From: Terriglobia bacterium
GTDB lineage: Bacteria; Acidobacteriota; Terriglobia; 20CM-2-55-15
Reading direction: 5' to 3'
Assembly: GCA_965198225.1 (NCBI GenBank)
Contig: CBDAOY010000009.1
Location: forward strand, 1,056,001 to 1,120,000
DNA: 64,000 bases
Within the stretch, counting starts at the first letter, position 1, and each line of letters begins with the position of its first letter. Positions 37,001 to 46,232 of the stretch are shown here, piece by piece. The translations under genes and the position numbers were made by a program. The notes under the pieces were generated by a model. It was not told where the DNA came from. It searched no databases and saw only the letters and a list, made by a program, of their open reading frames with translations.

Positions 37001-37227
37001 GCAACCTGCTGGAGGGGCCCGGGCTGGCCACCTGGAGCGTGTCTCTGGTCCGGACGATGGAGCCGACGGAACAGTTGAGCCTCCAGCTCCGCGTGGAAGC
37101 GTTCAACCTCTTCAACCGGGGGAACCTGGATTTGCCCGACAGTTTCTTCGGTTCGCCGACCTTCGGTCAGGTGCTCTCCGCCGGCAGCCCCCGCCGGTTG
37201 CAGTTCGGCCTCAAGATTTTGTTCTGA
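34051..37227 (+). CDS. TonB-dependent receptor (Oar-like)
   Basis: GAGGAG RBS, signal peptide, LPLDGRNFFEL, KSGSNEVHG and RNQFGFTLGGPI motifs, C-terminal LKILF. Confidence 0.92.
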   Translation: MKLRRVATGVCLVALILATSSVAVAQTVRGSVSGVVRDPSGAVVPGAEVVLRQPDTNRTRTLSSDPEGEFAFALLPPGGYELEIRREGFHVGNHSLVLQLNQNVRIEHELAVAGAAEVVEIVEGEFLRVDTASRSTVIDNRQVTQLPLDGRNFFELSLLVPGSAPAAQGSAGSVRGDFSIHVSGSREDSNLFLLDGVYNGDPKLNGVGVNPPVDAIHEFEVLGVNHPASFGRNSGGQVNVALKSGSNEVHGTVFQFFRNAALDARNRFAPAGEPDPKFQRNQFGFTLGGPIRRDRTFFFGDYEGRILREGITRLASVPTAAERAGDFTASRLPVPNVPGVGPLPQIPGFFQHPVGQAIAALYPLPNRASPGANFVSSPTLGDDEHHFDVRIDHAFTPSSEFSARYSFADRDLVEPFSGPTFSFVPNYGNQVLRRAQNLMLGETHVFSPAWINEARFAFHRVAIGVNQEGQGTSLNSQVGLPDISTKPRDSGLSFIRISGLSPLGHEFNNPQASESNTFQLIDQVSYVRGRHNIRFGGEFRAMRQDAFRDVQSRGILQFLGVFTGNPLADLLMGLPTVTGVAQLDNPQRLRSESFAGFFQDSYRIRPELTLTAGLRYEYTSPPVDAEDRANLYDPSTGGLVPVGTGGVPRSGYFDDRNNLAPSIGLAWAPGSGDTVLRGGYGIYYDQSALAPGEGLYFNAPYFDFGLFFSIPPQGPFPGFTLTLTDPFPLDTFPFPTPASALTFDRNLRTPYAQHWNFGIQRSLGDTRSLELAYVGTKGTRLIGARDSNQPAPSTAPRNRRPNPLFDDIVQVESRSSSIYHALQSRFQERLWCGMTMLASYTWSKSLDDASGFFATSADPNFPQDSNNLAAERARSNFDVRHRFSLAYNYDIPLGSFAASSLARHIFGGWQTNGILALQSGRPFTVALLPELDNSNTGRSVLGFGANDRPNLIGNPGISDPSSDAWFDTRAFAMPPFGSFGSAGRNLLEGPGLATWSVSLVRTMEPTEQLSLQLRVEAFNLFNRGNLDLPDSFFGSPTFGQVLSAGSPRRLQFGLKILF

Positions 37228-37229
37228 GA

Positions 37230-37880
37230 ATGCTCCAAAGCGTCTCGTCGCGGCGACCGGCTCGCTCGGAATTTTCGCCAGAGGAACGGCTGATCATTCA
37301 GGAGCACCGGACTCCCCTCCAGGTCCAGCGGTACCTTCGCGCCCTACCCTATAACTGGGAGAACACTCTGAGGACGTTCCGAAAAGTGGTCGAGTACGGG
37401 CGGGCCAACTGCATCGAGGCGGCGCTGGCGGCGGCCACGATCATGGAACAGCACGGCTATCCGCCATGGCTGCTCGACATTGAGTCCGTGGATGGGCTGG
37501 ATCACGTCCTGTTCCTGTTCAACGTTCGTGGCCGGTGGGGAACCATCGCCAAGTCCCGGGACGTCGGCCTGCACGGCAGGAAGCCGGTTTTTCGAAGCCT
37601 GCGAGACCTGGTCTTCAGTTATTTCGACCCATACATCGATGGTACGGGAAGAATCAACGGGTACGGCGTCGCTAATCTGGACGAGCTGACGACGAGCAAC
37701 TGGCGTCTCTCTGAGCGTAATGTCTGGGTGGTTGAAAGACGCCTGATCGATATGCCCCACAAGTCGCTCAAGACGTCTGATCGACGCTACGAACAAACTC
37801 TGAACCGATTCCTGCGATTCAAGAAGATTTACCCGGACAAGCCTTTCACTGCGTACCACAATCGCCACCAGTGGATGTAG
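37230..37880 (+). CDS. Hypothetical protein with transglutaminase/papain-like Cys-His motifs
   Basis: 216 aa starting 2 bp after the receptor stop; ANCIEAALAA and DHVLFLF..GRWG motifs. Confidence 0.7.
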   Translation: MLQSVSSRRPARSEFSPEERLIIQEHRTPLQVQRYLRALPYNWENTLRTFRKVVEYGRANCIEAALAAATIMEQHGYPPWLLDIESVDGLDHVLFLFNVRGRWGTIAKSRDVGLHGRKPVFRSLRDLVFSYFDPYIDGTGRINGYGVANLDELTTSNWRLSERNVWVVERRLIDMPHKSLKTSDRRYEQTLNRFLRFKKIYPDKPFTAYHNRHQWM

Positions 37881-37994
37881 CTCGAACCTGTCGAGAGGCG
37901 ACGCTGGTCCGAACTCATGTAGCGACTGAAGAGTGTGAAATTCCAGTGCCAGTCGGAGTACAATCCGCGGATACGACAACCCCGAGGAGGGCCC

Positions 37995-38858
37995 ATGAGA
38001 AGAATGATCGCAATCGTCCTGACGGTCGCATTTGTCCTGACAGTCGCAACCCTACCCGCGGCGGCGCAGCGCGGAGCGGGAACCGAAAGGATCGACGTGA
38101 TGCAGATGCCGCGGCCAATCGAGGCGCTCGATACGGTGTGGATCGAAGAAATGACGTCGCTGGAGGTCCGGGATGCCCTCCGGGCGGGCAAGACGACGGC
38201 TCTGGTCCTGGCGGGAGGCATCGAAGAGAACGGTCCCTATCTGACGACCGGCAAGCATAATCACGTGCTGAGAGTCGTCGGAGAGGCGATCGCCCGAAAA
38301 CTCGGCAACGCCCTGATCGTTCCAATCGTAACGATCGAACCGGGCGACCCGGAGACAAGAACCACACCGGGCACGGTGATCGTCTCCAGACCGACCTACA
38401 AGGCCTGGCTCAGCGACATCGCCACGAGCCTGAGGACGCAGGGTTTCGAGAACATCGTCATGATCGCCGACAGCGGCGGCAACGTAACGCCGATGAGGGA
38501 AGTCACCGAGGCCCTCAACTCGAGTTGGAAGGGCGACAAAGCAGCCGTGCACTACATCGACGAGGCCTATAACTACGACGAGATCCTGGCGTACCAGAAC
38601 GAGGTCATGAAAGTCGAAGAGGTGCGTTATTCCGAGGGCTATCACGACAACTACTACATCACGTCGATGATCATGAACGACAACCTGGATTACGTCCGCT
38701 TGAATCAGCGGATCAAGGCGAACAAGGCGTCGATCAACGGCATCAGCCTCCTGCCGGTCGAGAAGAGCCTGGCCCACGGTCGGGCGCTGATCGAGATGAG
38801 AGCCGACGTCAGCGTCGCGGCGATCAAGAAGGCGGTGGCAGACGCCTCTTCGAATTAG
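37995..38858 (+). CDS. Exported creatininase-family protein with atypical metal site
   Basis: GGAGG RBS, signal peptide, WIEEMT, GGIEENGPYL and GFENIVMIADSGGN motifs. Confidence 0.82.
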   Translation: MRRMIAIVLTVAFVLTVATLPAAAQRGAGTERIDVMQMPRPIEALDTVWIEEMTSLEVRDALRAGKTTALVLAGGIEENGPYLTTGKHNHVLRVVGEAIARKLGNALIVPIVTIEPGDPETRTTPGTVIVSRPTYKAWLSDIATSLRTQGFENIVMIADSGGNVTPMREVTEALNSSWKGDKAAVHYIDEAYNYDEILAYQNEVMKVEEVRYSEGYHDNYYITSMIMNDNLDYVRLNQRIKANKASINGISLLPVEKSLAHGRALIEMRADVSVAAIKKAVADASSN

Positions 38859-38940
38859 CGCGCGACGCTTGAAAAGGCAGTAATCGAGGGACTCCGGCGG
38901 TGCTCGTCAAAACGCGAGATTCGCTCTTTGTCTTTCCCGC

Positions 38941-38982
38941 AAAAAAATAGCGACGGTCAGCAAACAGCATTGACCGCCGCTA
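38941..38982 (-). terminator. Intrinsic terminator of the fourth TonB receptor
   Basis: Minus strand TAGCGGCGGTCAA...CTGACCGTCGCTA followed by T7. Confidence 0.75.
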
Positions 38983-39012
38983 CAAGCTCGAATCTTCAGA
39001 CAGTTCAAGCCC

Positions 39013-41940
39013 TCAGAATGTGTACCTCAAACCGAATTGTCCCTGGAACGGGTCGCGGGCCAGGCTCGGTTGTCCAAACCGCGAGGACCGCATGTTTCCG
39101 TTATACTGGACGAAATTGTCGGTGTTGAAGACGTTGAACATCTCCCACATCACTTCGACGCTCTGGCTCTCGCCGAAATTGAAGATCTTCGATGTTCTCA
39201 GGTCGACGATGGACAGTCTGTCGCCTCGCCCGGAATTGTACTCGACACCAGCCGGGCGATCCCGTCGCTGTCCGTCACCGTTGTCGTCGTTGCCCGTCGT
39301 GATGTTGTAGGGCGGGGCCGAGGTAAACTGGGCCACCACCGCCAGCCGAATGCCGTACGGCAACTCGTGGGAGTAGTTTCCGATAAACCGGTGGCGGATG
39401 TCGTTGCGTGTCGGGCCCCAGTCCTGCCGGAGATTGTGATGGTTGCTCGGGCTGCTGGCGAACTCCTTGATGTCGCCCAGAGTGTAATTCATCGAAAGGG
39501 CCCGTCCTGAGAGGAATCTCTTCTCCATGCGGACCTGGAACTGATTGGCCTTCGTGATGTTGCTCTGATCCAGAGCCAACTCCATCCGTATCCCCGATTG
39601 GTCCAGAGGATAGATCTTGGGGAAGTCGGCTCGAGACTGGCCCGACTGGAGGACGCAGTTGGTGATGCACGCGTTGACGTTCCGGTTGAATCCCAGGTCC
39701 TGGCCGAACATGTGGATGAAGTTGAATCCGACCATCGTACCCTGTGCGACCTCGAGGTCCAGTCCCCCCGAGAACTGGTGCATGAAGGGATTCGAAGTGG
39801 TTCGGCTCGGCAGCCGGACCCGGCTCGCGGCCCGCTCGGTCAGGATCGACCGATCGGGCGGGTCACCAAACGATCGTCCCCCCGGATACCCGGGGAAGAA
39901 ATCGTTGGGGACGCCCGACGACCGAACATCGTTCCCGAGATTGGTTTGACGGTACCCTGCATAGTTCTGGACGACACCCCGAACCGAGGAGGTCCACAGC
40001 GAATCGTAGAACACGCCGTAACCGGCGCGGATGACGGCGCGCCCGTTGTTCTGCGGATCCCACGAAAGGCCCACGCGCGGGGAGAAGTTGTTCTTGTCAT
40101 CCGGCACGGGCGCGAAGGGGTGACCCCGCAGTTCGCCGTTCAAGTGACTCTTCCAGAGGTCGAACTCCGACATGCCCTCCGGGAACGGCGTCCCGTCGAT
40201 GTCCCCACGCCACAGCTGCAGATCGTACCGAATGCCGGCATTCACGGTGAGGTTCGGACGCATACGCCAGGAATCGTTGAGGAATACCGCGAAGATGTTC
40301 GAGTTGCGGGTGTAGGCCGCGGTGTCGAAACCCCGGACGTCGATGCTGCCCTTGCGCAGCTCGAGACCCTGGGTGAAGCGGAACGGGAGCGTCGAGGGAT
40401 CGTTCGGGTCGACCGGCAGATCCGACCTGAACTCGTACGTCCCGGGGGTGTTCGCGCTGCTGACGTAGGTCCCGAGAACGCGGTTGGCTTCGCCTCCAAA
40501 CTTGATCGTGTGATTCCCGACGTTGTAGGTCATCGTGTTGGAGAGAATCCAGTTCTGCTGCCGACGGCCCTGGGTGTTGTCCCGGCCGAACCGGATGCTC
40601 GGGAACCTCAACGAGGGCCGGTTCTTGATGGAGTCCCTGAAAAGCTCCTGATCGGACCGGTTGACCCGAAGCTCGTTCACGATGCTCGAGCCGAAGAGCG
40701 ACGAGAGACTGACGGTGATGAAGTGCGAGTTGCGGTCGTCCTCGTAGCCGCTGTCAAAGGAGAGGTTGCCTCCGGCTGTCGTGTTTTCGATGAGGCGGTT
40801 GTCGTAGACACCCACGATATTCAGCGTGTGCTCCGGACTGATCGTGACGCTGCCCTTGGTGAACAGGTTGTGAAACCGCCAGGGGTTGGGGACGTCGGCC
40901 GTGGTGTCGTACCCGATGGAGTCGACGAAGCTCACCAGTTGCGGCGGGATCACGACGAAAGCGACCTGGTCGGCCGATCGTCTCTCGTAGGACACGAAAA
41001 AGTGGGCCTTGTCTTCAACGATCGGTCCCCCTATGGTCCCGCCGTATTGTTCGGACTTGAAGGGCGGCGCCACACCTGTGAAGGCGTTCGGTTTATCGAA
41101 CGCGTCGTCCCGGCGGAAATAGAAGGCGTTGCCGTGAAACTGGTTGGTGCCGGACTTCGTGACGATGTTGATCACCCCGGTGGCCGATCGGCCGAACTCG
41201 GAGGAATAGGAATTAGCCATCACCTGGAACTCCTGGACCGCCTCCTGAGCCAACTGTGTGCGCGTTGCCGACGAAATCGACGATCCGCCGCCCGTGACCT
41301 CGTCGTTGATGTCCACGCCCTCCAGCCACATCGACTTGAAGCGTTCGCCCATCCCCCCGAACGATACCGAATCGGTCAGGGTGCCTCGCGCGTCCGAAGC
41401 CTGATCGGTGACGACGCCCGGCGACAGGAGCGCCAGGTCCATAAAGTCGCGCGACTTCAAAGGCAACTCTCTGATCTTGGTGGTGTCGATCAGCGTCTTG
41501 ATCGTGTTTTCGGTCGTCTCGACCAGCGGGGCCTGCTCGGTCACCGTGATCGTCTCGACCGTCGCCGAGACATCCAGGGCGAAGTCGATCTTCGTGTCGG
41601 ATGCCGCGTTGACCTTGACGCCGGGTCGGGTCACGGTCGTGAAGCCCGGAAACTCGACGGTGACGGTGTATATGACCGGTTGCAAACCATTGAACCGGTA
41701 GGATCCCACTTCGCTGGTCAACGCTTCCCGCGTCGCACCGGTGCCCTCGTTCACTAACCGGACGGTTGCTCCCGGAAGGCGGGCGCCGGTGGCGTCGGTC
41801 ACGTCACCCAGGATCGAACCCACGGTCCCTTGTGAGTACGCCGGCGTTCCCAGCATTGTTATCAAGACCACGGACAAGAGCAGGAATCGGGCTGCTCGCA
41901 TAGTTAGGCCAAACGTGGCCATTAGCGGGTGATGCTTCAT
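39013..41940 (-). CDS. TonB-dependent receptor (Oar-like)
   Basis: AGGAGG RBS, LPLKSRDFMDL, TKSGTNQFHG and GGTIGGPI motifs, C-terminal LRYTF. Confidence 0.92.
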   Translation of the reverse strand: MKHHPLMATFGLTMRAARFLLLSVVLITMLGTPAYSQGTVGSILGDVTDATGARLPGATVRLVNEGTGATREALTSEVGSYRFNGLQPVIYTVTVEFPGFTTVTRPGVKVNAASDTKIDFALDVSATVETITVTEQAPLVETTENTIKTLIDTTKIRELPLKSRDFMDLALLSPGVVTDQASDARGTLTDSVSFGGMGERFKSMWLEGVDINDEVTGGGSSISSATRTQLAQEAVQEFQVMANSYSSEFGRSATGVINIVTKSGTNQFHGNAFYFRRDDAFDKPNAFTGVAPPFKSEQYGGTIGGPIVEDKAHFFVSYERRSADQVAFVVIPPQLVSFVDSIGYDTTADVPNPWRFHNLFTKGSVTISPEHTLNIVGVYDNRLIENTTAGGNLSFDSGYEDDRNSHFITVSLSSLFGSSIVNELRVNRSDQELFRDSIKNRPSLRFPSIRFGRDNTQGRRQQNWILSNTMTYNVGNHTIKFGGEANRVLGTYVSSANTPGTYEFRSDLPVDPNDPSTLPFRFTQGLELRKGSIDVRGFDTAAYTRNSNIFAVFLNDSWRMRPNLTVNAGIRYDLQLWRGDIDGTPFPEGMSEFDLWKSHLNGELRGHPFAPVPDDKNNFSPRVGLSWDPQNNGRAVIRAGYGVFYDSLWTSSVRGVVQNYAGYRQTNLGNDVRSSGVPNDFFPGYPGGRSFGDPPDRSILTERAASRVRLPSRTTSNPFMHQFSGGLDLEVAQGTMVGFNFIHMFGQDLGFNRNVNACITNCVLQSGQSRADFPKIYPLDQSGIRMELALDQSNITKANQFQVRMEKRFLSGRALSMNYTLGDIKEFASSPSNHHNLRQDWGPTRNDIRHRFIGNYSHELPYGIRLAVVAQFTSAPPYNITTGNDDNGDGQRRDRPAGVEYNSGRGDRLSIVDLRTSKIFNFGESQSVEVMWEMFNVFNTDNFVQYNGNMRSSRFGQPSLARDPFQGQFGLRYTF

Positions 41941-42048
41941 CAGGTTTCCTCCTCACAGGACCCTCCTGCACACGCACCACCCCTAAGAACCTTCGGGAGT
42001 AGCGTCATGCATGGAAGGGGAACGGAAATTACTAGAAATCTGCACGCT

Positions 42049-42147
42049 ATCCTACCAGCTAGCGTCAAACCCGCGTAACTTGGCCTAGGGTATAAATTCA
42101 AGTAATCCGTTAGATATGCATAACACTACAAATAAAGTTATATGCAT
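42049..42147. promoter_or_regulatory. Extended -10 (minus) plus AT-rich palindromic operator candidate
   Basis: TGgTAGGAT on minus at 42049-42057; ATGCATAAC-N12-GTTATATGCAT at 42116-42147 in the divergent intergenic region. Confidence 0.45.
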
Positions 42148-42424
42148 CGAGCGTAGGAGCGGTTCACGTCGCAGGATTCGCACGCTAAGTCCGGAGAAAA
42201 CGAATATTCCGCCGAAGCCGGATTCTGAAATCTTCTGCAGGCCAAGGTGGCCGAGTCGTTGCCTGGATCCACCGGTCCTACCGCCGGTTTTCCCACGCCG
42301 GTCAGACACCGAAGATCGAGCCGGGGCTGGGCGCCTTTTCCTTTGACCCCCGGAAGCAAGTCGAGATAGGATGCCGGCTCCTTTTACACCCGCACGAGCA
42401 AAGCGAAAGCCAAGAGGGGGAGTA

Positions 42425-44647
42425 ATGAACAGACGCTTCAGACGACTCACCGGGCTCCTGGTCCCAGGTGCCCTTTGCTTCGTCCTGGTCGGGTGCCAGG
42501 GACCCGAGTCGAGAACGACGGCTCCGGACCTCGTATCTCAGGCCCAGATCCGGCGCGACACCTACGGTGTCCCGCACATCCTTGCGGAGAACGAGGAGGC
42601 CGCCGCGTTTGCCGTCGGTTACGCGCAGGCCGAAGATCATGTCCTGGAGATCGTCCGCCGCTATTTTGCCGCGCGCGGAGAGGAAGCCCGGTATTACGGC
42701 GGAGACGTCGAAAACGATTTCATGATGAAGCGCTACGGGAACTACGAGGTATCCCGGGATAACTTCCCCCGTCTCACGCCCACGTTTCAGAAGGTCCTGA
42801 ATGGTTTCGCCGCAGGCCTGAACTACTACGTGGAGCGTCATCGCGCGGAGCTGCCGGAGTGGGTTCCGATCTTCGACGGCGTCGACGTCCTGACGCGCAG
42901 CCGTGCCGAAATACTCCGGTTTGCGCTTCGCGAGAGCTTCATCGCGGAGCTCCAGAACAAGTATTCGACAGATTCATCGAACCTCAAACCCCAGTCGCCA
43001 CCGAACAGCGCCATGGCCACCCCGGACTGGGACGTGATGGGCTCCAATGCGTGGGTGATTGCACCCTCGCGTAGTACGTCCGGCAATCCGATCCTGATGT
43101 CGAACCCCCATCAGCCTTGGGCGTCGCTTTACTGGGAAGCTCACATTACTGTCCCGGGCGTGATCAATATGTTCGGAAACACCTTCCTCGGATCACCGGC
43201 GCTTCGTCACGGTTTCAACGAACATCTCGGCTGGACCCATACGACCAACAGTCCCGATCTCGAGGATATTTACGCCCTGACACGCGATCCGCAAAACCCA
43301 GACAGCTACATCTTCGAAGGCGAGTCGATGCCTTTGACGAAAAAGGAGATCACCGTTCAGGCCAAGACAGACGACGGCAGCCTGCGGTCCGAAACCAGAA
43401 CGTACTGGTACTCACACCTCGGCCCCGTCGTGCATCAGACCGAGGACAAGACATTCGCGGTCAAGTCCGTGGTCATGGACGAGTTTCGTTTCTTCGAACA
43501 GTGGTACGAAATGGGAAAGGCCAAGAACCTGGACGAGTTCAAAGCCACCCTCGGCAGGACCGTGATCCCGCGGTTCAATACCTTGTACGCCGACGTGGAG
43601 GGCAACATCATGTACGTGTGGGCCGCCTCCCTCCCGAAGCGGATCGAGGATGGGACCGATTATCGGCTCGATGTACCGGGAGATACGGGGAAGTACGTCT
43701 GGACGGAGGTGCATGGGATCGAGGAATTGCCGCAACTGCTCAACCCCGCGGGTGGCTATGTGCAAAGCACCAACAACCAGCCGTCGTACACATCGTTGCG
43801 CGACCGGCTGGATCTGAACGAGTATCCCGCGACGATACTGGCATCAGAAGGAGAAGAGCTCAGCCTGCGTACGCAGATTTCGCTCCAGATGCTCGAGAGC
43901 CAGGAGAAGTTCTCGCTCGAGGACGTGCAGCGGTTTACCTTCAACACCAGAATGCCGGTGGCGGATCGCGTAAAACCCGCGCTCATCGAGGCCATCAAGC
44001 GGACGGCGCAGCCGTCGGAAGCACTCACGCTCGGTCTTCGAGCGCTCGAAGGCTGGGACAACCAGGTGTCAGCGGAAAGCCGCGGTGGGGTGCTGTTCCA
44101 GCGCTTCTGGGATACGTACCAGGCAGCCGTTGATCAGCCGTACGCAGTGGAGTGGGACCCCAACAGGCCGCTTGAGACGCCGCTAGGGTTATCCGACCCC
44201 GCGCTGGCCGTCGAGCACCTCGAGGATGCGGTGGCCTGGACACGCGAGACCTACGGCGCCGAAGACGTTCAGTGGGGCGAAGTGCACCGCATCCGCCTTG
44301 GCGACATCGATCTTCCGGCCGATGGGGCCAGTGGCAGATACGGCCTCTTCCATAACGTCCAGTACGGCGAAGCGGAAGACGGTACCCGCGTCGTTGGAAG
44401 GATCGAGCCGGGCGGACCATTCGTCGGCGGGGCCACCGGCTGGCTGATCCTCGTCGAGTTCTCGGACCCCATCCTCGGCTACACCCTGCTCGCCCACGGT
44501 CAGACTACGGACCTGGAGTCGCCTCACAGTACGGATCAGGTGTCGTTGTATGCCAACCACGAGTTGAAGCGGGCCTGGTTCAGCGAAGAGGAGATCGCGG
44601 CCAACCTGAAGGTCTCGTACCGGCCCGGCGAAGAGGGTCCTGAATAG
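42425..44647 (+). CDS. Penicillin/AHL acylase family Ntn hydrolase, probable lipoprotein
   Basis: Lipobox LVGC, RRDTYGVPHI, GYAQAED, beta-chain start G-SNAW, NPHQPW. Confidence 0.92.
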   Translation: MNRRFRRLTGLLVPGALCFVLVGCQGPESRTTAPDLVSQAQIRRDTYGVPHILAENEEAAAFAVGYAQAEDHVLEIVRRYFAARGEEARYYGGDVENDFMMKRYGNYEVSRDNFPRLTPTFQKVLNGFAAGLNYYVERHRAELPEWVPIFDGVDVLTRSRAEILRFALRESFIAELQNKYSTDSSNLKPQSPPNSAMATPDWDVMGSNAWVIAPSRSTSGNPILMSNPHQPWASLYWEAHITVPGVINMFGNTFLGSPALRHGFNEHLGWTHTTNSPDLEDIYALTRDPQNPDSYIFEGESMPLTKKEITVQAKTDDGSLRSETRTYWYSHLGPVVHQTEDKTFAVKSVVMDEFRFFEQWYEMGKAKNLDEFKATLGRTVIPRFNTLYADVEGNIMYVWAASLPKRIEDGTDYRLDVPGDTGKYVWTEVHGIEELPQLLNPAGGYVQSTNNQPSYTSLRDRLDLNEYPATILASEGEELSLRTQISLQMLESQEKFSLEDVQRFTFNTRMPVADRVKPALIEAIKRTAQPSEALTLGLRALEGWDNQVSAESRGGVLFQRFWDTYQAAVDQPYAVEWDPNRPLETPLGLSDPALAVEHLEDAVAWTRETYGAEDVQWGEVHRIRLGDIDLPADGASGRYGLFHNVQYGEAEDGTRVVGRIEPGGPFVGGATGWLILVEFSDPILGYTLLAHGQTTDLESPHSTDQVSLYANHELKRAWFSEEEIAANLKVSYRPGEEGPE

Positions 44648-44648
44648 G

Positions 44649-46232
44649 TCAGTCCGGGAGCGAGAACGCGATCAAAGCTCCGCGGGAAGCCACCGTGACA
44701 TACTGCTTTCCGTCGAGGAGGTAGGTGATCGGAGCTGCGGTGATCGGTGCGCCCGTCTGGAAGTGCCACAGGTCCTCACCCGTGCGCGCATCGAACGCAA
44801 TGAGGTTCCCGTCCCCGCCGCCGAAAACCAGTCCGCCCGCGGTGGAGAGGGTTCCTGCCGTCGACGGCCCCGCGTAGGGAAACTCCCATGCGACCGTCGC
44901 TGTCGCCGGATCGATGGCGCGCAACATTCCTGAAACAGCGGTGCGGCCGCGCGTCGTGCCTCCACCGAAGTAAGGTTGGCCTGGTGCAAAACTCTCCTTC
45001 CAGTTGAAGTAGGTGGCGCAGCCTTCTCGCGCCGTAACGTAGAACAGGCCGGTGTCCGGGTTGAAACTGGGAGACATCCAGTTGGTTGCGCCCTCGACAT
45101 CCGGACAGATCAGCGTTCCCTGCTCGGTGGGACGAGCGTCGGGCAGCTCTACGGGACGGCCGTCGTCACCTATTTCCTTCGCCCAGGTCGTGTTCACGAA
45201 CGGCTTGGCGATCAGCAACTCGCCGTTGGTTCGATCCAGCACATAGAAAAAGCCGTTCCGGTTCGCCGTCAGCAGAAGCTGTCGCTCGCTTCCGTCGAAC
45301 GGCAGATCCGCGAGCACGGGGATCTGGGCCGAGTCCCAATCCCTGGTGTCATGCGGCGTGAACTGGTAATACCATTCGAGCTCGCCCGTGTCCGCATCCA
45401 GCGCGACGATACTGTTGCTGTAAAGGTTGTCTCCTTCGCGCTCGTCCCCGTAAAACATCGGTGCGGGATTGCCAGTCCCCCAGTAAATGAGATTCAGTTC
45501 CGGATCGTACGTGCCAGTCAGCCACGGCGAGGCTCCGCCCTGCTTCCAGGACTCACCGCCCCATGTGTCACCGCCAGGCTCCCCGGGCTCGGGAACGGTC
45601 CAGAATCGCCAGGCGCGCCGACCCGTGTTTGCGTCGTATGCGTCGATGAACCCGCGCGTCCCGTTGATCGATCCGGCAATCCCGACGACGACCTTGTCCC
45701 TGATGACCAAGGGTGCGGAAGTCGCCGAATAACCGAGCTCGTGATCGTCGAGGACAATGCCGCCGATCGGCTCACCGGTCTTCATGTCCATTGCCAGGAG
45801 CGTGGCGTCGAGTCTTGCGACGTACAGGCGCTCCTGGAACAGGGCGAATCCACGATTGACCCACCCGCAGCACAGGCTGAGGGTAGTCGGGAGGTTTTCG
45901 ACGCGGTGCCAGACCTCTCGTCCCGTCCTCGCGTCGAGGGCCCAACCGTGGTTATACGGACCGGTGAAGTAGATGAACCCGTCGACCACCAGAGGCGTGG
46001 CTTCGAGGTTTGCCGTCAAACCGGTCTGGAAGATCCACGCGGGTTTCAAGCCGGCTACGTTTTCCCGGGTCAGTTGATCCAGGGGGCTGTGTCGCCGGCC
46101 GGTGTAATCGCCGGAGTAGGTGAGCCACCGCTCCGGGTTTTTGAGCCCGTCCAGCAGGTCCTGGGTCGAGATCTCACTGGCGAAAACAACCCCACCCAAG
46201 AGCAGAGCGACACAGACGAAACGCCGGATCAT
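44649..46232 (-). CDS. PQQ-dependent dehydrogenase-like quinoprotein (methanol/ethanol-family fold)
   Basis: RHSPLDQ, EATPLV, LCCGWVNRG, YWGTGNP, TPHDTRDWD, ANRNGFFYVLDR and GATNW motifs. Confidence 0.9.
   Translation of the reverse strand: MIRRFVCVALLLGGVVFASEISTQDLLDGLKNPERWLTYSGDYTGRRHSPLDQLTRENVAGLKPAWIFQTGLTANLEATPLVVDGFIYFTGPYNHGWALDARTGREVWHRVENLPTTLSLCCGWVNRGFALFQERLYVARLDATLLAMDMKTGEPIGGIVLDDHELGYSATSAPLVIRDKVVVGIAGSINGTRGFIDAYDANTGRRAWRFWTVPEPGEPGGDTWGGESWKQGGASPWLTGTYDPELNLIYWGTGNPAPMFYGDEREGDNLYSNSIVALDADTGELEWYYQFTPHDTRDWDSAQIPVLADLPFDGSERQLLLTANRNGFFYVLDRTNGELLIAKPFVNTTWAKEIGDDGRPVELPDARPTEQGTLICPDVEGATNWMSPSFNPDTGLFYVTAREGCATYFNWKESFAPGQPYFGGGTTRGRTAVSGMLRAIDPATATVAWEFPYAGPSTAGTLSTAGGLVFGGGDGNLIAFDARTGEDLWHFQTGAPITAAPITYLLDGKQYVTVASRGALIAFSLPD

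Noticed and set aside
39598-41757. 719-aa antisense ORF (also 17111-18280, 25600-27069, 44976-46319, 32518-33969 and similar)
   Set aside because: Shadows of real high-GC genes; low-complexity Arg/Gly/Val-rich translations with no motifs or RBS
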